From Octopus vulgaris (Eukaryota), in assembly GCA_951406725.2 (NCBI GenBank), contig OX597840.1, forward strand, positions 7,750,001-7,814,000: a DNA stretch of 64,000 nucleotides, written 5' to 3'. How positions within the stretch are numbered: position 1 is the stretch's first letter; each line of letters opens with the position of its first letter. Shown one piece after another: positions 13,767 to 26,293 of the stretch. The position numbers were made by a program, and so were the translations under genes. The notes under the pieces were generated by a model. The model did not search any database. It was given only the letters and a program-made list of their open reading frames with translations, and was not told the DNA's origin.

Positions 13767-13969
13767 CAGTGCTTTTCAACCATTTTTGCTGGAGCGGAAC
13801 CCCAAGGAATCATTCCACTGGCTCGAGGAACCCCTTTGTGCAATAATTTAATAGTCTTCTGCACACATATCTGCACAGGACAATTAAAAATTACTGCCGA
13901 TTTTAGCAGTTTTGTAACTTCTTGCAGAACCCCTGGACTGTACTGGCGGAACCCTGGTTGAAAACCACT

Positions 13970-13970
<1 letters not shown>
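13767..13970 (+). mobile_element. hAT (Buster-type) MITE, copy 1
   Basis: TIRs CAGTGCTTTTCAA / TTGAAAACCACTG; 8-bp flanks with a central TA. Confidence 0.88.
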
Positions 13971-14023
<53 letters not shown>

Positions 14024-14094
14024 ATCTCTTGAGCACCACCAGCAAAAAATTTTTTTCCTCTGTCTTCCCTTCTCGGGATCTTTCCTTCTCCTTT

Positions 14095-14129
14095 GTTTCC
14101 GACGAAGAGCTCCGCTCGAAACGTTAAAC
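14095..14129 (+). ncRNA. Minimal hammerhead-like motif, core CCGACGA
   Basis: gttt-CCGACGA-a-gagc-tcc-gctc-GAAACGTT-aaac in a (TA)n-flanked element (14021-14226). The 3' part of the same family occurs on the - strand at about 9397-9498. Confidence 0.6.
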
Positions 14130-14222
14130 CCTCCTTCCCTTCTTTCCTGGGCGTCAAATAATACTTTAATTGTTCCACGTCCTCGCGTTGCTGTGTTTTT
14201 TTCTGTGTTTTCTTGTTTGGAT

Positions 14223-14270
<48 letters not shown>

Positions 14271-14399
14271 CATATATATATACATACATATACACGCACA
14301 CATAGATATACATTAATATATATTATTAAAAGGAACTTTGTAGTATACACACCTTGCAAAGAGCGAGACGTTGAGGTGTGAACATACATGTGTATATAT

Positions 14400-14600
14400 C
14401 AGTGCTTTTCAAACTTTTTGCTGGAGCGGAACCCCAAGGAAACATTCCACTGGCTCGAGGAACCCCTGTGCAATAATTTAATAGTCTTCTGCACACATAT
14501 CTGCACAGGAGAATTAAAAATTACTACCGATTTTAGCAGTTTTGTAACTTCTTGCGGAACCCCTGGACTGTACAGGCGGAACCCTGGTTGAAAACCACTG
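14400..14600 (+). mobile_element. hAT MITE, copy 2
   Basis: Same TIRs and body as copy 1; followed by CGTTACTG, which also precedes copy 1. Confidence 0.88.
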
Positions 14601-14682
14601 CGTTACTGCATAGAATTGGTAGAGCATCTGATAAAAATACCTCGTGCTAGTTGGTCGTGACCCTTTATATTTCTGAGTTTAA

Positions 14683-14903
14683 CCCTTTAGTACTTTAAAC
14701 AGGCTATATCCGGCCCAATTATGCTTCCTGCTTTATGCTCTAACTAGCCAGATCAAACCTATCACACCTACCCTTCCATGCCATTCTAGAAATATACAAT
14801 CTCATCATTAAAACTTTATAGCTACAAAATAAAGCATGATTAATTATAAACAATGTCAATGAAAAAGCATTTCATTTGACAAAATAATCTGAATACGAAA
14901 GGG
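14683..14903. mobile_element. piggyBac-type MITE
   Basis: TTAA|CCCTTTAG...AAAGGG|TTAA; related copies at 51910-52128 and 63473-63677, partial copy near 19024. Confidence 0.75.
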
Positions 14904-15892
14904 TTAAACCCTGTTGAGGTCAGCTATGCCCTTCATGGTTGCAAAGCATGTTTGTTAACCACACAGCCACACCCGTGCATTTGGGCCATACTCACACCTT
15001 ATCTGTTACTCTCTCTTTACTCTTTTACTTGTTTCAGTCATTTGACTGCGGCCATGCTGGAGCACCGCCTTTAATCGAGCAACTCGACCCCGGGACTTAT
15101 TCTTTTGTAAGCCCAGTACTTATTCTATCGGTCTCTTTTTGCCGAACCGCTAAGTTACGGGGGACATAAACACACCAGCATCGGTTGTCAAGCAATGCTA
15201 GGGGGACAAACACAGACACACAAATACACACAGACATATATATATATATATACATATATACGACGGGCTTCTTTCAGTTTCCATCTACCAAATCCACTCA
15301 CAAGGCTTTGGTCGGCCCGAGGCTATAGTAGAAGACACTTGCCCAAGGTGCCACGCAGTGGGACTGAACCCAGAACCATGTGGTTGGTAAACAAGCTACT
15401 TACCACACAGCCACTCCTGTTGCTACAGAAACTCGGTAGAGCAATTGATAAAAACGCTTTGTGCTATTTAGTTGTGGCCTTTAAATTTCTAAGTCCAAAT
15501 CCTGCTGTGGTCAGCTTTGCCCTTCATTGTTGGAAAGCAAGCTTGTTATCAACATGACCACACATACACCTTTGGGTCACATTTGTGCCTTAGGGTCACA
15601 CCTGTGCCTTAAGGCCACACCATCTTTATGATAGTGTGGCCTTAAATGCAGCAGCACCACCACCACCATCATCATTAGCAAGGCTGTGAGTTGGCAGAAT
15701 CGTTAGCACATTGGGTGTAATGCTTACCTCTCACTGAGGTCAGCTTTGTCTTTTATCCTTTTGGAATCGACAAATTAAGTCCAGTTGAGTACTGGGGTTG
15801 ATGTGATTGACTGACTCCCTCCCCACAAAATCCAGGTCTTGTGCCTATAGTAGAAAAGATCATCATCATCACCACCACCACCACCAAAAACA

Positions 15893-15926
<34 letters not shown>

Positions 15927-16474
15927 TTATTATTATTATTATTAAGGCAGCAAACTGGCAGAATCATTAACATGCTGGGCAAAATGCTTTCGTCCGTCTT
16001 TACATTCTGAGTTCAAATTCCGCCTTTCATCCATCCAGGGTCAATAAATTGAGTACCACTGGGGTTGATGTAATCGATTAGTCCCCTCCCCCAAAATTTT
16101 AGTCCTTGTTCCTATAGTAGAAAGGATTATTATTATTTCCAAGGTAATATTTCACCATGGATGACAGTAAATGAAGAACAGCACTTGTACGATGGTGATG
16201 CTTATTTTCAATCATCACATGATGCTAAGATCAGAGTAAACAGAAACAAGCACACGATGGGCTTTGATAGAGTTTCTCTCTGCCAAATCCATTCACAAGG
16301 CTTTGGTTGGCCTGGGGCTATAGTAGAAGATACTTGCCCAGGGTACTGCACGGTGGGACTGAACCCAAGAACACATGGTTGAGAAGCAAGCCTTTTAGCC
16401 ACACAGCCATGCATGTACCTAAGACAAAAGGGATAAAAACACAAATTTTAATTTAAAAAAAACCCAAACATAAT

Positions 16475-16640
16475 AGGCGCAGGAGTGGCTGTGTGGTAAG
16501 TAGCTTGCTAACAAACCACATGGTTCCGGGTTCAGTCCCACTGCGTGGCACCTTGGGCAAGTGTCTTCTGCTATAGCCCCGGGCTGACCAATGCCTTGTG
16601 AGTGGATTTGGTAGACGGAAACTGAAAGAAGCCTGTCGTA

Positions 16641-16701
<61 letters not shown>

Positions 16702-16910
16702 TTGTGTGTCTGTGTTTGTCCCCCTAGCATTGCTTGACAACCGATGCTGGTGTGTTTACGTCCCCCGTCACTTAGCGGTTCAGCAAAAGAGACCGATAGA
16801 ATAAGTACTGGGCTTACAAAGAATAAGTCCTGGGGTCGATTTGGTCGACTAAAGGCGGTGCTCCAGCATGGCCGCAGTCAAATGACTGAAACAAGTAAAA
16901 GAGTAAAGAG
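16475..16910 (+). mobile_element. SINE family A, representative copy (tRNA-like head, CORE-like CCTTGGGCAAGT, internal TA/TG tract, AGTAAAAG tail)
   Basis: A box TGGCTGTGTGG and B-box-like GGTTCAGTCCC. More than 15 copies. + strand: 10540, 17209, 19147, 33437, 36718, 38197, 39265, 46233, 52237. - strand: 12300, 15007, 23156, 40086, 51380, 52870. Resembles octopus OK/OR SINEs; exact name not assigned. Confidence 0.9.
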
Positions 16911-17208
16911 TATAATGGCGGTGCCCCAGCATGGCCACAGCTCGTGAGCTGAAACTAGATAAAATAAAACAAAATAAAATGATACTCTATTTTATTCATT
17001 TTTCATTTATTTCGTCATATGTCAAAAATTGGGATCAGGTCTCTGCAATGAGGTCATCAACCCAATTCTCATGTAGGTCAAGTCACTTGCTAAAGAATCT
17101 CTTGAAATATTTCCTTTTAAAATAGGTTTAAATTCTTTTACCCACGGAATTGTTGTTTCAATAATATGCTGTCATTTTTAAAGTCGTCTCATTGATTCCT
17201 ACATACAT

Positions 17209-17577
17209 AGGCGCAGGAGTGGCTGTGTAGTAAGTAGCTTGCTTACAAACCACATGGTTCCGGGTTCATTCCCACTGCGTGGAACCTTGGGCAAGTGTCT
17301 TCTACTATAGCCTCAGGCCAACTAAAGCCTTGTGAGTGGATTTGGTAGACGGAAACTGAAAGGAGCCCGTTGTATATATATACATATTTATATATATATA
17401 TATATATATATAGGCGCAGGAGTGGCTGTGTGGTAAGTAGCTTGCTTACAAACCACATGGTTCCAGGTTCATTCCCACTGCATGGCACCATGGGCAAGTG
17501 TCTTCTACTATAGCCTCAGGCCAACCAAAGCCTTGTGAGTGGATTCGGTAGATGGAAACTGAAAGGATCCCGTCGTA

Positions 17578-17627
<50 letters not shown>

Positions 17628-18028
17628 CGCAGGAGTGGCTGTGTGGTAAGTAGCTTGCTTACCAACCATATGGTTCCGGGTTCAGGCCCACTGCGTGGCA
17701 CCATGGGCAAGTGTCTTCTACTATAGCCTCGGGCCAACCAAAGCCTTATGAGTCGATTTGGTAAACAGAAACTGAAAGAAGCCCGTTGTATATGTGTATA
17801 TATATATGCATGTGTGTATAAGTTTGTGTCTGTGTTTGTCCCCCCAACATCGCTTGACAACTGATGCTGGTGTGTTTACGTCCCTGTAACTTAGTGGTTT
17901 GACAAAAGAGACTGATAGAATAAGTACTAGGCTTCCAAAGAATAAGTCCTGGGGTCGATTTGCTCGACTAAAGGCAGTGCTCCAGCATTGCCACAGTTAA
18001 ATGACTGAAACAAGTAAAAGAGTAAAAG
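17209..18028 (+). mobile_element. SINE A with a triplicated 5' half
   Basis: Three heads (17209, 17412, 17625) joined through (TA)n, followed by one 3' half. Confidence 0.88.
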
Positions 18029-19765
18029 TCGACCTCATTGGAATTTGAACTTAGAACGTAGCAACAGATAAAATATGGCTATGCATTTTGCCCAACATGC
18101 TAACGATTCTGCCAGCTTGCCGCCTTGTTTATCAACAACAATAATAACAGCAATAATAACCTCCACTCTTGACTAACACAATTGCCACCCATTGCTACCA
18201 TCTGCCACAACCATTACATTGTCACTGCAATTTAGAAATAGCAGCCAAATTTTCCTTGAATCATATCCTGCCAACTTGGAAAGGGATGGATAGATTTGAT
18301 AATTTAGTCATCATCCTCATCATCTAATGTCTGTCTTCTGTGCTGGCATGGGTGGACAGTCCAGTATGATCTGATGAGTAAGAGGACTTCATTGTGCTCC
18401 AATGTCTACTTTGGAAAGCTTTCTACAACTGGATCCCTTTCCGAATACCAACTATTTTACAGAGTGTACTGGATGCTTTTTTTTCATGGCACCAACACCA
18501 GTGAGGTCACTAAACCATGAACAGAACATCTCAGTAAAAAATGCAGAAGTGCTGTGGTCTTGGTTTTTCAAAATTTTCAAGTAAGAATCTGAGGCTGGCA
18601 CATCCTCGACACCAAGAAATATTTCAATCTATTCATTAATTAATTTTTCGTTTGAAAGTGACCTCTAATTATCAATGTTGTATTTACCAATATCCAGTTA
18701 CCAATATCATATTTATCTATATACAATTATCAATATCATTTGTTCTTTCTGAATCTCTTAACCCATTCAGACTGTTGTTCTTAGTTTAATTTCAAATTTG
18801 ATACTCAGCCAAATTCCTGATTTACTGATTTAGCAGGAGTTGGCAAGCCCCTCGTTAAAAATCTGGTCAAACTAAAATTAGATGAAGCTAATTAGAATAA
18901 AAGCAGGTCTTCAGTGCAGAATTCAACTGGTAACAAACGTCTGTTCACAGATGGTGCTATTTTAAGTGTTATTTTGAGTAATTTTTTTTTCCAACTTTTC
19001 AACCACAAAGTTGACCACATTCGACCCCTTAGCATTTAAGCTGGCCAAATCTGCTCCAAACATTGTACCTGTTTACGGGTTCAAACTAGCTAGATCTGGC
19101 CTCTCACACATACCATACAATGTCATTTAAAAAGAAGCAATTACATAGGCGTAGGAGTGGCTGTGTGGTAAGTAAGTTGCTAACCAACCACATGGTTCCA
19201 GGTTCAGTCCCACTGCGTGGCACCTTGGGCAAGTGTCTTCTGCTATAGCCCCGGGCCGACCAATGCCTTGTGAGTGGATTTGGTAGACGGAAACTGAAAG
19301 AAGCCTGTCGTATATATATATGTATGTATATTTGTGTGTGTGTCTGTGTGTTTGTCCTCCCCCTCCAACATTGCTTGACAACTGATGCTGGTGTGTTTAC
19401 GTCCCAGTCACTTAGCGGTTCAGCAAAAGAGACTGACAGAATAATTACTAGGCTTACAAAGTCGATTTGCACGGGGTCGATTTGCACGACTAAAGGCGGT
19501 GCTCCAGCATGGCCGCAGTCAAATGACTGAAACAAGTAAAAGAGTCAAAGAGAGTATACAAGTGGCCCTCAAAAAAATTTTGTGTGATTAAAGTGGCCTG
19601 CAATGTAATTCGAATTGGCCAGGCCTGGTTTAAACCCTGGTAAACTTCTATTCAGCAGACCTATAATCAGAAGCATTCCAGATGTGGCCAACCCATCTTT
19701 TATCCAGCCATTACACATCTAAGACATCCCAGATGTAACCTGTTTGGTATATCTGTGACTACATT

Positions 19766-20366
19766 AGGGCGGCAAGCTGGCAGAAACGTTAGCACGCCGG
19801 GCGAAATGCGTAGCCGTAATTCGTCTGCCGCTACGTTCTGAGTTCAAATTCCACCGAGGTTGACTTTGCTTTTCATCCTTTCGGGGTCAATAAAATAAGT
19901 ACCAGTTATGCACTGAGGCCGATGTAATCAACTTAACCCCTTTGTCTGTCCTTGTTTGTCCCCTCTATGTTTAGCCCCTTGTGGGCAGTAAAGAAATAGG
20001 TATTTCGTCCGCCGTTACATTCTGAGTTCAAATTCCGTCAAGGTCGACTTTGCCTTTCATCCTTTCGGGGTCGATAAATTAAGTACCAGTTACGCACTGG
20101 GGTTCATGTAATTGACTTAACCCCTTTGTCTGTCCTTGTTTGTCCCCTCTGTGTTTAGTCCCTTGTGAGTAGTAAAGAAATAGGTATTTCGTCCGCCGTT
20201 ACGTTCTGAGTTCAAATTCCGCCGAGGTCGACTTTGCCTTTCATCCTTTCGGGGTCGATAAATTAAGTACCAGTTACGCACTGGGGTTGATGTAATCGAC
20301 TTAATCCGTTTGTCTGTCCTTGTTTTCCCCCCCCCTATGTTTAGCCCCTTGTGGGTAGTAAAGAAA
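19766..20366 (+). mobile_element. SINE B trimer
   Basis: One full unit plus two head-less units of about 184 bp; single TSD TATATCTGTGACTACATT. Confidence 0.9.
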
Positions 20367-21242
20367 TATATCTGTGACTACATTCTTGAATGTGTCCTTC
20401 CTATTTTCTTTTCCCCAGAGCGTAGAGTCTGGTCTGATTTGGTTGCTATTTCTAGCAGATGGCATGGTTACACAGGAGACTTGCTCATCAGTGCCAGGTT
20501 ATGGCTTTCTTTATCAATGTGACATTGTCAGAACAAAACTGCTGAGAGAAAGTGTCATTTGTTGTTGTTGCTGCTGCTGATGCTGTTGCTGTTGCTGCAG
20601 CTGCACTTTACTGGTCACTGACCTTTGCGACAATGTACAAGCAAAGACTGCATGTGCACTCACACATGCGCACACACACACAACTATACACATACACATT
20701 TTGAATGCACGTACATATGCACAAATTTATGCATATACTCACACTCAATCATGCATACACACACACACACAAGCACACACACATTGCCGTACTCACGTGT
20801 GCATTCACATACACATGCACTTACACACACACAACTCTACACATGCACGTTTTGAATGCACATACATATGCATATCTTTATGCATATACTCACACTCTAT
20901 CATGTGTACACACAAGCACACACACACATTGCTGCACTCACGTGTGCATTCGCATGCACATGTGCACCCACTCACACATACACTTACACACACACACATA
21001 TATGCACCTGCATACACACACTCACATGTACATGCATGCACTCGCACACATACACACTACACATTCACATGCATAAGCATATATAAACATGTGAATGTAC
21101 TCGTGCGCATATATACCCACACTTATGCAGATATATGCAGATATATAACTGCACACATGTGCATACCCATACGCATATAAACATAAAGGCTACAAACTAC
21201 ACACACATAGCAATGTTTGATGAGCGACAGATATCCTGTTAG

Positions 21243-21842
21243 AGGCGGCGAGCTGGCAGAAATGTTAGCATGCCGGGCGAAATGCTTAGCGGTATTTCGT
21301 CTGCCGCTACGTTCTGAGTTCAAATTCCGCCGAGGTCGACTTTGCCTTTCATCCTTTCGGGGTCGATTAAATAAGTACCAGTTACACACTGGAGTCGATA
21401 TAATCTACTTAATCCATTTGTCTGTCCTTGTTTGTCCCCTCTATGTTTAGCCCCCTGTGGGTAGTAAAGAAATAGGTATTTCGTCTGTCGTTACGTTCTG
21501 AGTTCAAATTCCGCCGAGGTCGACTTTGCCTTTCATCCTTTCGGGGGTCGATTAAATAAGTACCAGTTACGCACTGGAGTCGGTATAATCGACTTAATCC
21601 ATTTGTCTGTCCTTGTTTGTCCCCTCTATGTTTAGCCCCCTGTGGGTAGTAAAGAAATAGGTATTTCGTCTGTCGTTACGTTCTGAGTTCAAATTCCGCC
21701 GAGGTCGACTTTGCCTTTCATCCTTTCAGGGTCGATTAAATAAGTACCAGTTACACACTGGAGTCAGTATAATCGACTTAATCCATTTGTCTGTCCTTGT
21801 TTGTCCTCTCTGTGTTTAGCCCCTTGTGGGTAAAAAGAAAAG
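21243..21842 (+). mobile_element. SINE B trimer
   Basis: Same architecture; TSD AGATATCCTGTTAGAGGC. Confidence 0.9.
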
Positions 21843-23557
21843 AGATATCCTGTTAGAGGCTTTGCTTCTTTAAACAAGGTTAACAGCGACAGCTTTGGAC
21901 TTTGTCGAATTTGTTTTCTACATCTTTTTGGAAGTATGCTGTGCATGAGAAGACCCGTGGCCTCTACCTGGGATATAGCCAGCCCACTTATGCATACCTT
22001 TCCTTCTATGGACACAAAATTCTACTTGTGAAGACCTGTTGAGGCAAGTGAAAATCAAAATCGTCATCGATCAACATCAGTGGAATTTGTAGCTGTGATA
22101 CCAATGCCGGTGGTACGTAAGAGAACCATCTGAACATGGCCGAAGCCAGCGCCGCCGTGACTGGCCTCTGTGCCGGTGGCACGTAAAAAGCACCATCCGA
22201 TCGTGGCTGTTGCCAGCCTCGTTTGGTCTCCATGCCAGTGGCATGTAAAAAGCACCATCCGATCGTGGCCGTTTGCCAGCCCCATCTGGCCCCTGTGCCG
22301 GTGGCACATAAAAAGCACCATCCGATCGTGGCCGTTTGCCAGCCTCATCTGGTCTCCGTGCCGGTGGCACATAAAAAGCACCATCCGATCGTGGACATTT
22401 GCCAGCCTCATCTGGCCCCTGTGCCGGTGGCACATACAAAGCACCACTCGATCGTGGCCGTTTACCAGCCTTGTCTGGGACCTGTGCCGGTGGCACATAA
22501 AAAGCACCCACTACACATGGAGTGGTTGGCGTTAGGAAGGGCACCCAGCTGTAGAAACACTGCCAGATCAGACTGGAGCCTGGTGCAGCCTTCTGGCTTC
22601 CCAGACCCTAGTTGAACCGTCCAACCCATGCCAGGATGGAAAACAGACGCTAAATGATGTTTTTTGTTCTCCAGTCGGTTTTTCTGTTTCTTTTGTATCA
22701 TTTTGAAGCATTAAAAATAAATAATGGGGTCAATTTATTCGGCTAAACCCTTCAAGACAGTGCCCCAGCATGGGCCCAGTTTGAAGACTGAAACCAGTAA
22801 CAGATAAAAGATTGGCAACAAGTTTGTCAGATCCAGCCCCAGGTTCGAATCTTAATGTGGTCCCATAGTGAACTTAATATAATCTTGAATATAAATTGTG
22901 TTCCATATTTTATTTTCCTTCAGACTCGAAATTCCTGTAAAGCGTAATGAAATATCTGTTCCCAAAGGAAATCAGTTCGTTATTTTCATTTTCTTATCAA
23001 TAACGAACATCCAATTAATATCGTGTGGATTGTAATGAAATTAATGTCCGAGAGATACTAAAACAAAACAGAAATAAAAATATATAAACCCAGCAAAAAG
23101 CCACAAAAAATAAATATAATCTCTTTGTTATGTATGTGTGTGTGTGTGTATATATACTCTTTACTCATTTACTTGTTTCAGTCATTCGACTGCGGCCATG
23201 CTGGAGCACCGCCTTTAGTCGGGCAAATCGACCCTGGGACTTATTCTTTTATAAGCCCAGTACTATCCTATCGGTCTCTTTTGCTGAACCGCTAAGTTAC
23301 GGGGACATAAACACACCAGCATCGGTTGTCAAGCAATGCTAGGGGGACAAACACAGACACACAAACATATACACACATACATACATATATACGACAGGCT
23401 TCTTTCAGTTTCCATCTACCAGATCCACTCACAAGGCATTGATCGGCCCGGGGCTATAGCAGAATACACTTGCCCAAGATGCCACACAGTGGGACTGAAC
23501 CTGGAACCATGTGGTTGGTAAGCAAGCTACTTACCACACAGCCATATATATATATAT

Positions 23558-23768
23558 TGAGTCATCCCATAAATAATGGGTTTTTTATTCTTCTTTTATT
23601 TTTCAGAATTAAGATAAACAAAGTTCTTTTTTAATCTAAAGTATACTCTCCTTCATTTTCTATAATGCTCTGCCATATATCTGGTAGATTTGTAGGGCCC
23701 CTCTTCCAAAATTCACTTGCCAGTGACAAAAAATATTTCTCCGGTACTGTTCTGACCTCGCCTACAGA
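23558..23768 (-). mobile_element. Mariner 3' end fragment
   Basis: Minus-strand EFWKRGPTNLPDIWQSIIENEGEY followed by a TIR-like end. Confidence 0.7.
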
Positions 23769-24229
23769 TGGGCAAGTGTCTTCTACTATAGCCTCGGGCC
23801 GACCAAAATCTTGTGAGTGGATTTGGTAGACGGAAACTGAAAGAAGCCCATCGTATAATTGTCATTATCATTTAGCGTCTGTTTTCCATGCTGCCATGTG
23901 TCAGATGCTTTGGCTGGAATTGGTAAGCTGGGGAGCTGTATCAAGCTCCAATCTAGTTTGGTTTGGTCTCTACAGCTGAATGTCCTTAACGCCAACCACT
24001 CCAAGAGTTTAGTGGGTGTCTTTTACAGGACACCAGCTCAGGTGTCTTGTGTGTGTGTGTGGTTGTGTCTGTGTTTGTCCCCCACCACTGTTTGACAGCT
24101 GATGTTGATGTGCTTATATCCCTGTAACTTAGCGGTTCAGTTACAGATTGATAGAATAAATACCAGGCTTCAAAAAAGTATGGAATGGTGTTCATTTGTG
24201 TGACTAAAATTCTTGAACATAGTGTAATG

Positions 24230-24448
24230 CAGTGCTTTTCAAACTTTTTGCTGGAGCGGAACCCCAAGGAAACATTCCACTGGCTCGAGGAACCCCTGTG
24301 CAATAATTTAATAGTCTTATGCACACATATCTGCACAGGACAATTAAAAATTACTGCCGATTTTAGCAGTTTCGTAACTTCTTGCGGAACCCCTAGACTG
24401 TACTGGCGGAACCCTATGGTTCCGCGGAACCCTGGTTGAAAACCACTG
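24230..24448 (+). mobile_element. hAT MITE, copy 3
   Basis: Same TIRs; TSD GTGTAATG/GTCTAATG (1 mismatch); inserted in a SINE. Confidence 0.88.
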
Positions 24449-24686
24449 GTCTAATGACTGAAGCCTGTAAAAAATAAAAGATTATTTTCAAAATTAATTG
24501 AAATAAAAAACTGTGTAATTAATCAGCAGAAATCTGATAACAAAAAGGTTTAACAATTTCAGGCTTATTTTTAATAATTAACACTGGCATTAATTAGAAT
24601 ATTGTTTTTGTAGTTGCTGACATTAAATTTAAAATTTGTTTTTTTTGTTAATTTCATTTTGAGTAAATTTTCTTTTTCTTTTTCAG

Positions 24687-24737
24687 CTCCGCAACAGCCT
24701 ATCCCAGGCTCTCCAGATTTTCATGCAATCAAGCAAG
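24687..24737 (+). CDS. PICALM: Candidate alternative cassette exon B: (A)PQQPIPGSPDFHAIKQ
   Basis: Strong acceptor ttttctttttctttttcag| and donor CAAG|gtaggt; 51 nt, phase 1-1, stop-free. Similar to the exon at 4825. Confidence 0.78.
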
Positions 24738-24960
24738 GTAGGTGCTGCCGACATATTTGTTACTGTGATACACAATCCCTATTGATCGTTTTTTTTTTTC
24801 CTATTTTTTTTTATTTCCCCTTTACAATCCCTTTTGATCGAAAATCTACCCCACTTTTTTCCTTTTTTTTTCTCTCCCCAAAAAAGAAAAGCTCTACTTT
24901 GTAATCTGTCCCGTCTGTGTGCAGCCCTGTGTGGCTAATAAAGAAACATATTTATTATCG

Positions 24961-25265
24961 GAGATGTACTTGCATAGCAAGTGATTTGATCTGAGATCTT
25001 GTGCTGGAACGAAAACAATTGCAGCGTGGAAGGTGTTTGTAAGCCATTTAAGAAACACACAAAAGCCGTTCGATTCACTTCAACATTTAAATTTAATTTG
25101 TCAAAATATTTCTGTCGCTATAAGATCGCGACCTGTTCAACAGGTCAACAGGTTGCGGTCTTAAAGTGACGAAAATATTTTGACAAATTAAATTTAAATG
25201 TTGAAGTGAATCGAACGGCTTTTGTGTGTTTCTTAAATGGCTTAGAAACACCTTCCACGCTGCAA
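24961..25265. mobile_element. Fold-back retroelement insertion with 13-bp TSD
   Basis: Inverted arms at about 25019-25137 and 25148-25265; ATATTTATTATCG at both 24948-24960 and 25266-25278. Confidence 0.88.
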
Positions 25266-25820
25266 ATATTTATTATCGTTGTTGTTGTTAAGGCAGTGAG
25301 CTGACTGAATTATTAGCCCTCCAGGCAGAATGCTTAGTGGTATTTGGTCTGAGTTCCAATCCCACCAAGGTCAGCTTTACCATTCATCCTTTTGGGGTCA
25401 ATAAAATAAGTACCAGTTGAGTACTGGGGTTGATGTAATCAGCTTACCTCTTCCCCAAAATTGCTGGCCTTGTTTGTGCCAAAATTTGAAACCATTATTA
25501 TTAATATTGTTGTTAAAGGATTGAGCTCGCTGAATAAAAATGGATAAAATGCGACTTAGCTAGGAGATGAGAGGTGAAAGAAGTCAGAACAGAACAGGCA
25601 TCTTGCTGTAGAGGAGATATATGGAAGAGAGTTACTTGTGTTATAGAAATGTGGGTGGAAGTGACTAGGATGGAGTTGGAAAATGAGGTAAGATTGTGGT
25701 GAGGAAGTGTATGTATGCGTAAAACTGGTATTCCGTTGGTTAAGATGACGAGGGCTGCAGTTGATCTGATAAACAGAATAGCCAGTTTGTGAAATTAATG
25801 TTTAAGTGACTGAGTACTCC

Positions 25821-26293
25821 ATCATCATCATCATTGTTTGACCGTGGTCGAGACAATGGAATTTACCATGCTATGCCAGACTTCACGGTCCATCATAGCA
25901 TTACAGAGGTCCTGTTGCTGGATGCCTGTATCCCTGGAGATTACATCAGGGTAGGAGAGTGTGCACCCTCTGGTATCGCGAGTAGATGGCTTCCAGAGGA
26001 GAAGAGTAGAAATTACCTTTTTTTCAGCTCTACAACAATGTCCAGCAAACTGGACTCTCTTACCTTTCACAAGAGATGACACAGGTGGTAGTTTCCCATA
26101 TATTTGCATTTTGGTTGGATGACGCCTCCACGAGAGATTTTGAGCTCTCATAAGGAGGCGAGTGTAGGTTCCATCCAACCGCCTCTCAAGCTTCTTTGAT
26201 AACGTCCAGGTTTCTGAGCCATATAGTAGAATTGGTTCGACTGTGGCTTTGAAGATTTCAAGTTTGAAGTCTCTACTTAGATTTGTACTCCAC
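25821..26293 (-). mobile_element. RTE-clade LINE 3' end
   Basis: KLEIFKATVEPILLYGSETWTL...FAGHCCR...DREVW, stop, then (TGA)n tail. Confidence 0.9.

Noticed and set aside
22924-22943. Strong acceptor ttttattttccttcag
   Set aside because: Nearby GTs give 13 or 20 nt and an in-frame stop; no further support.
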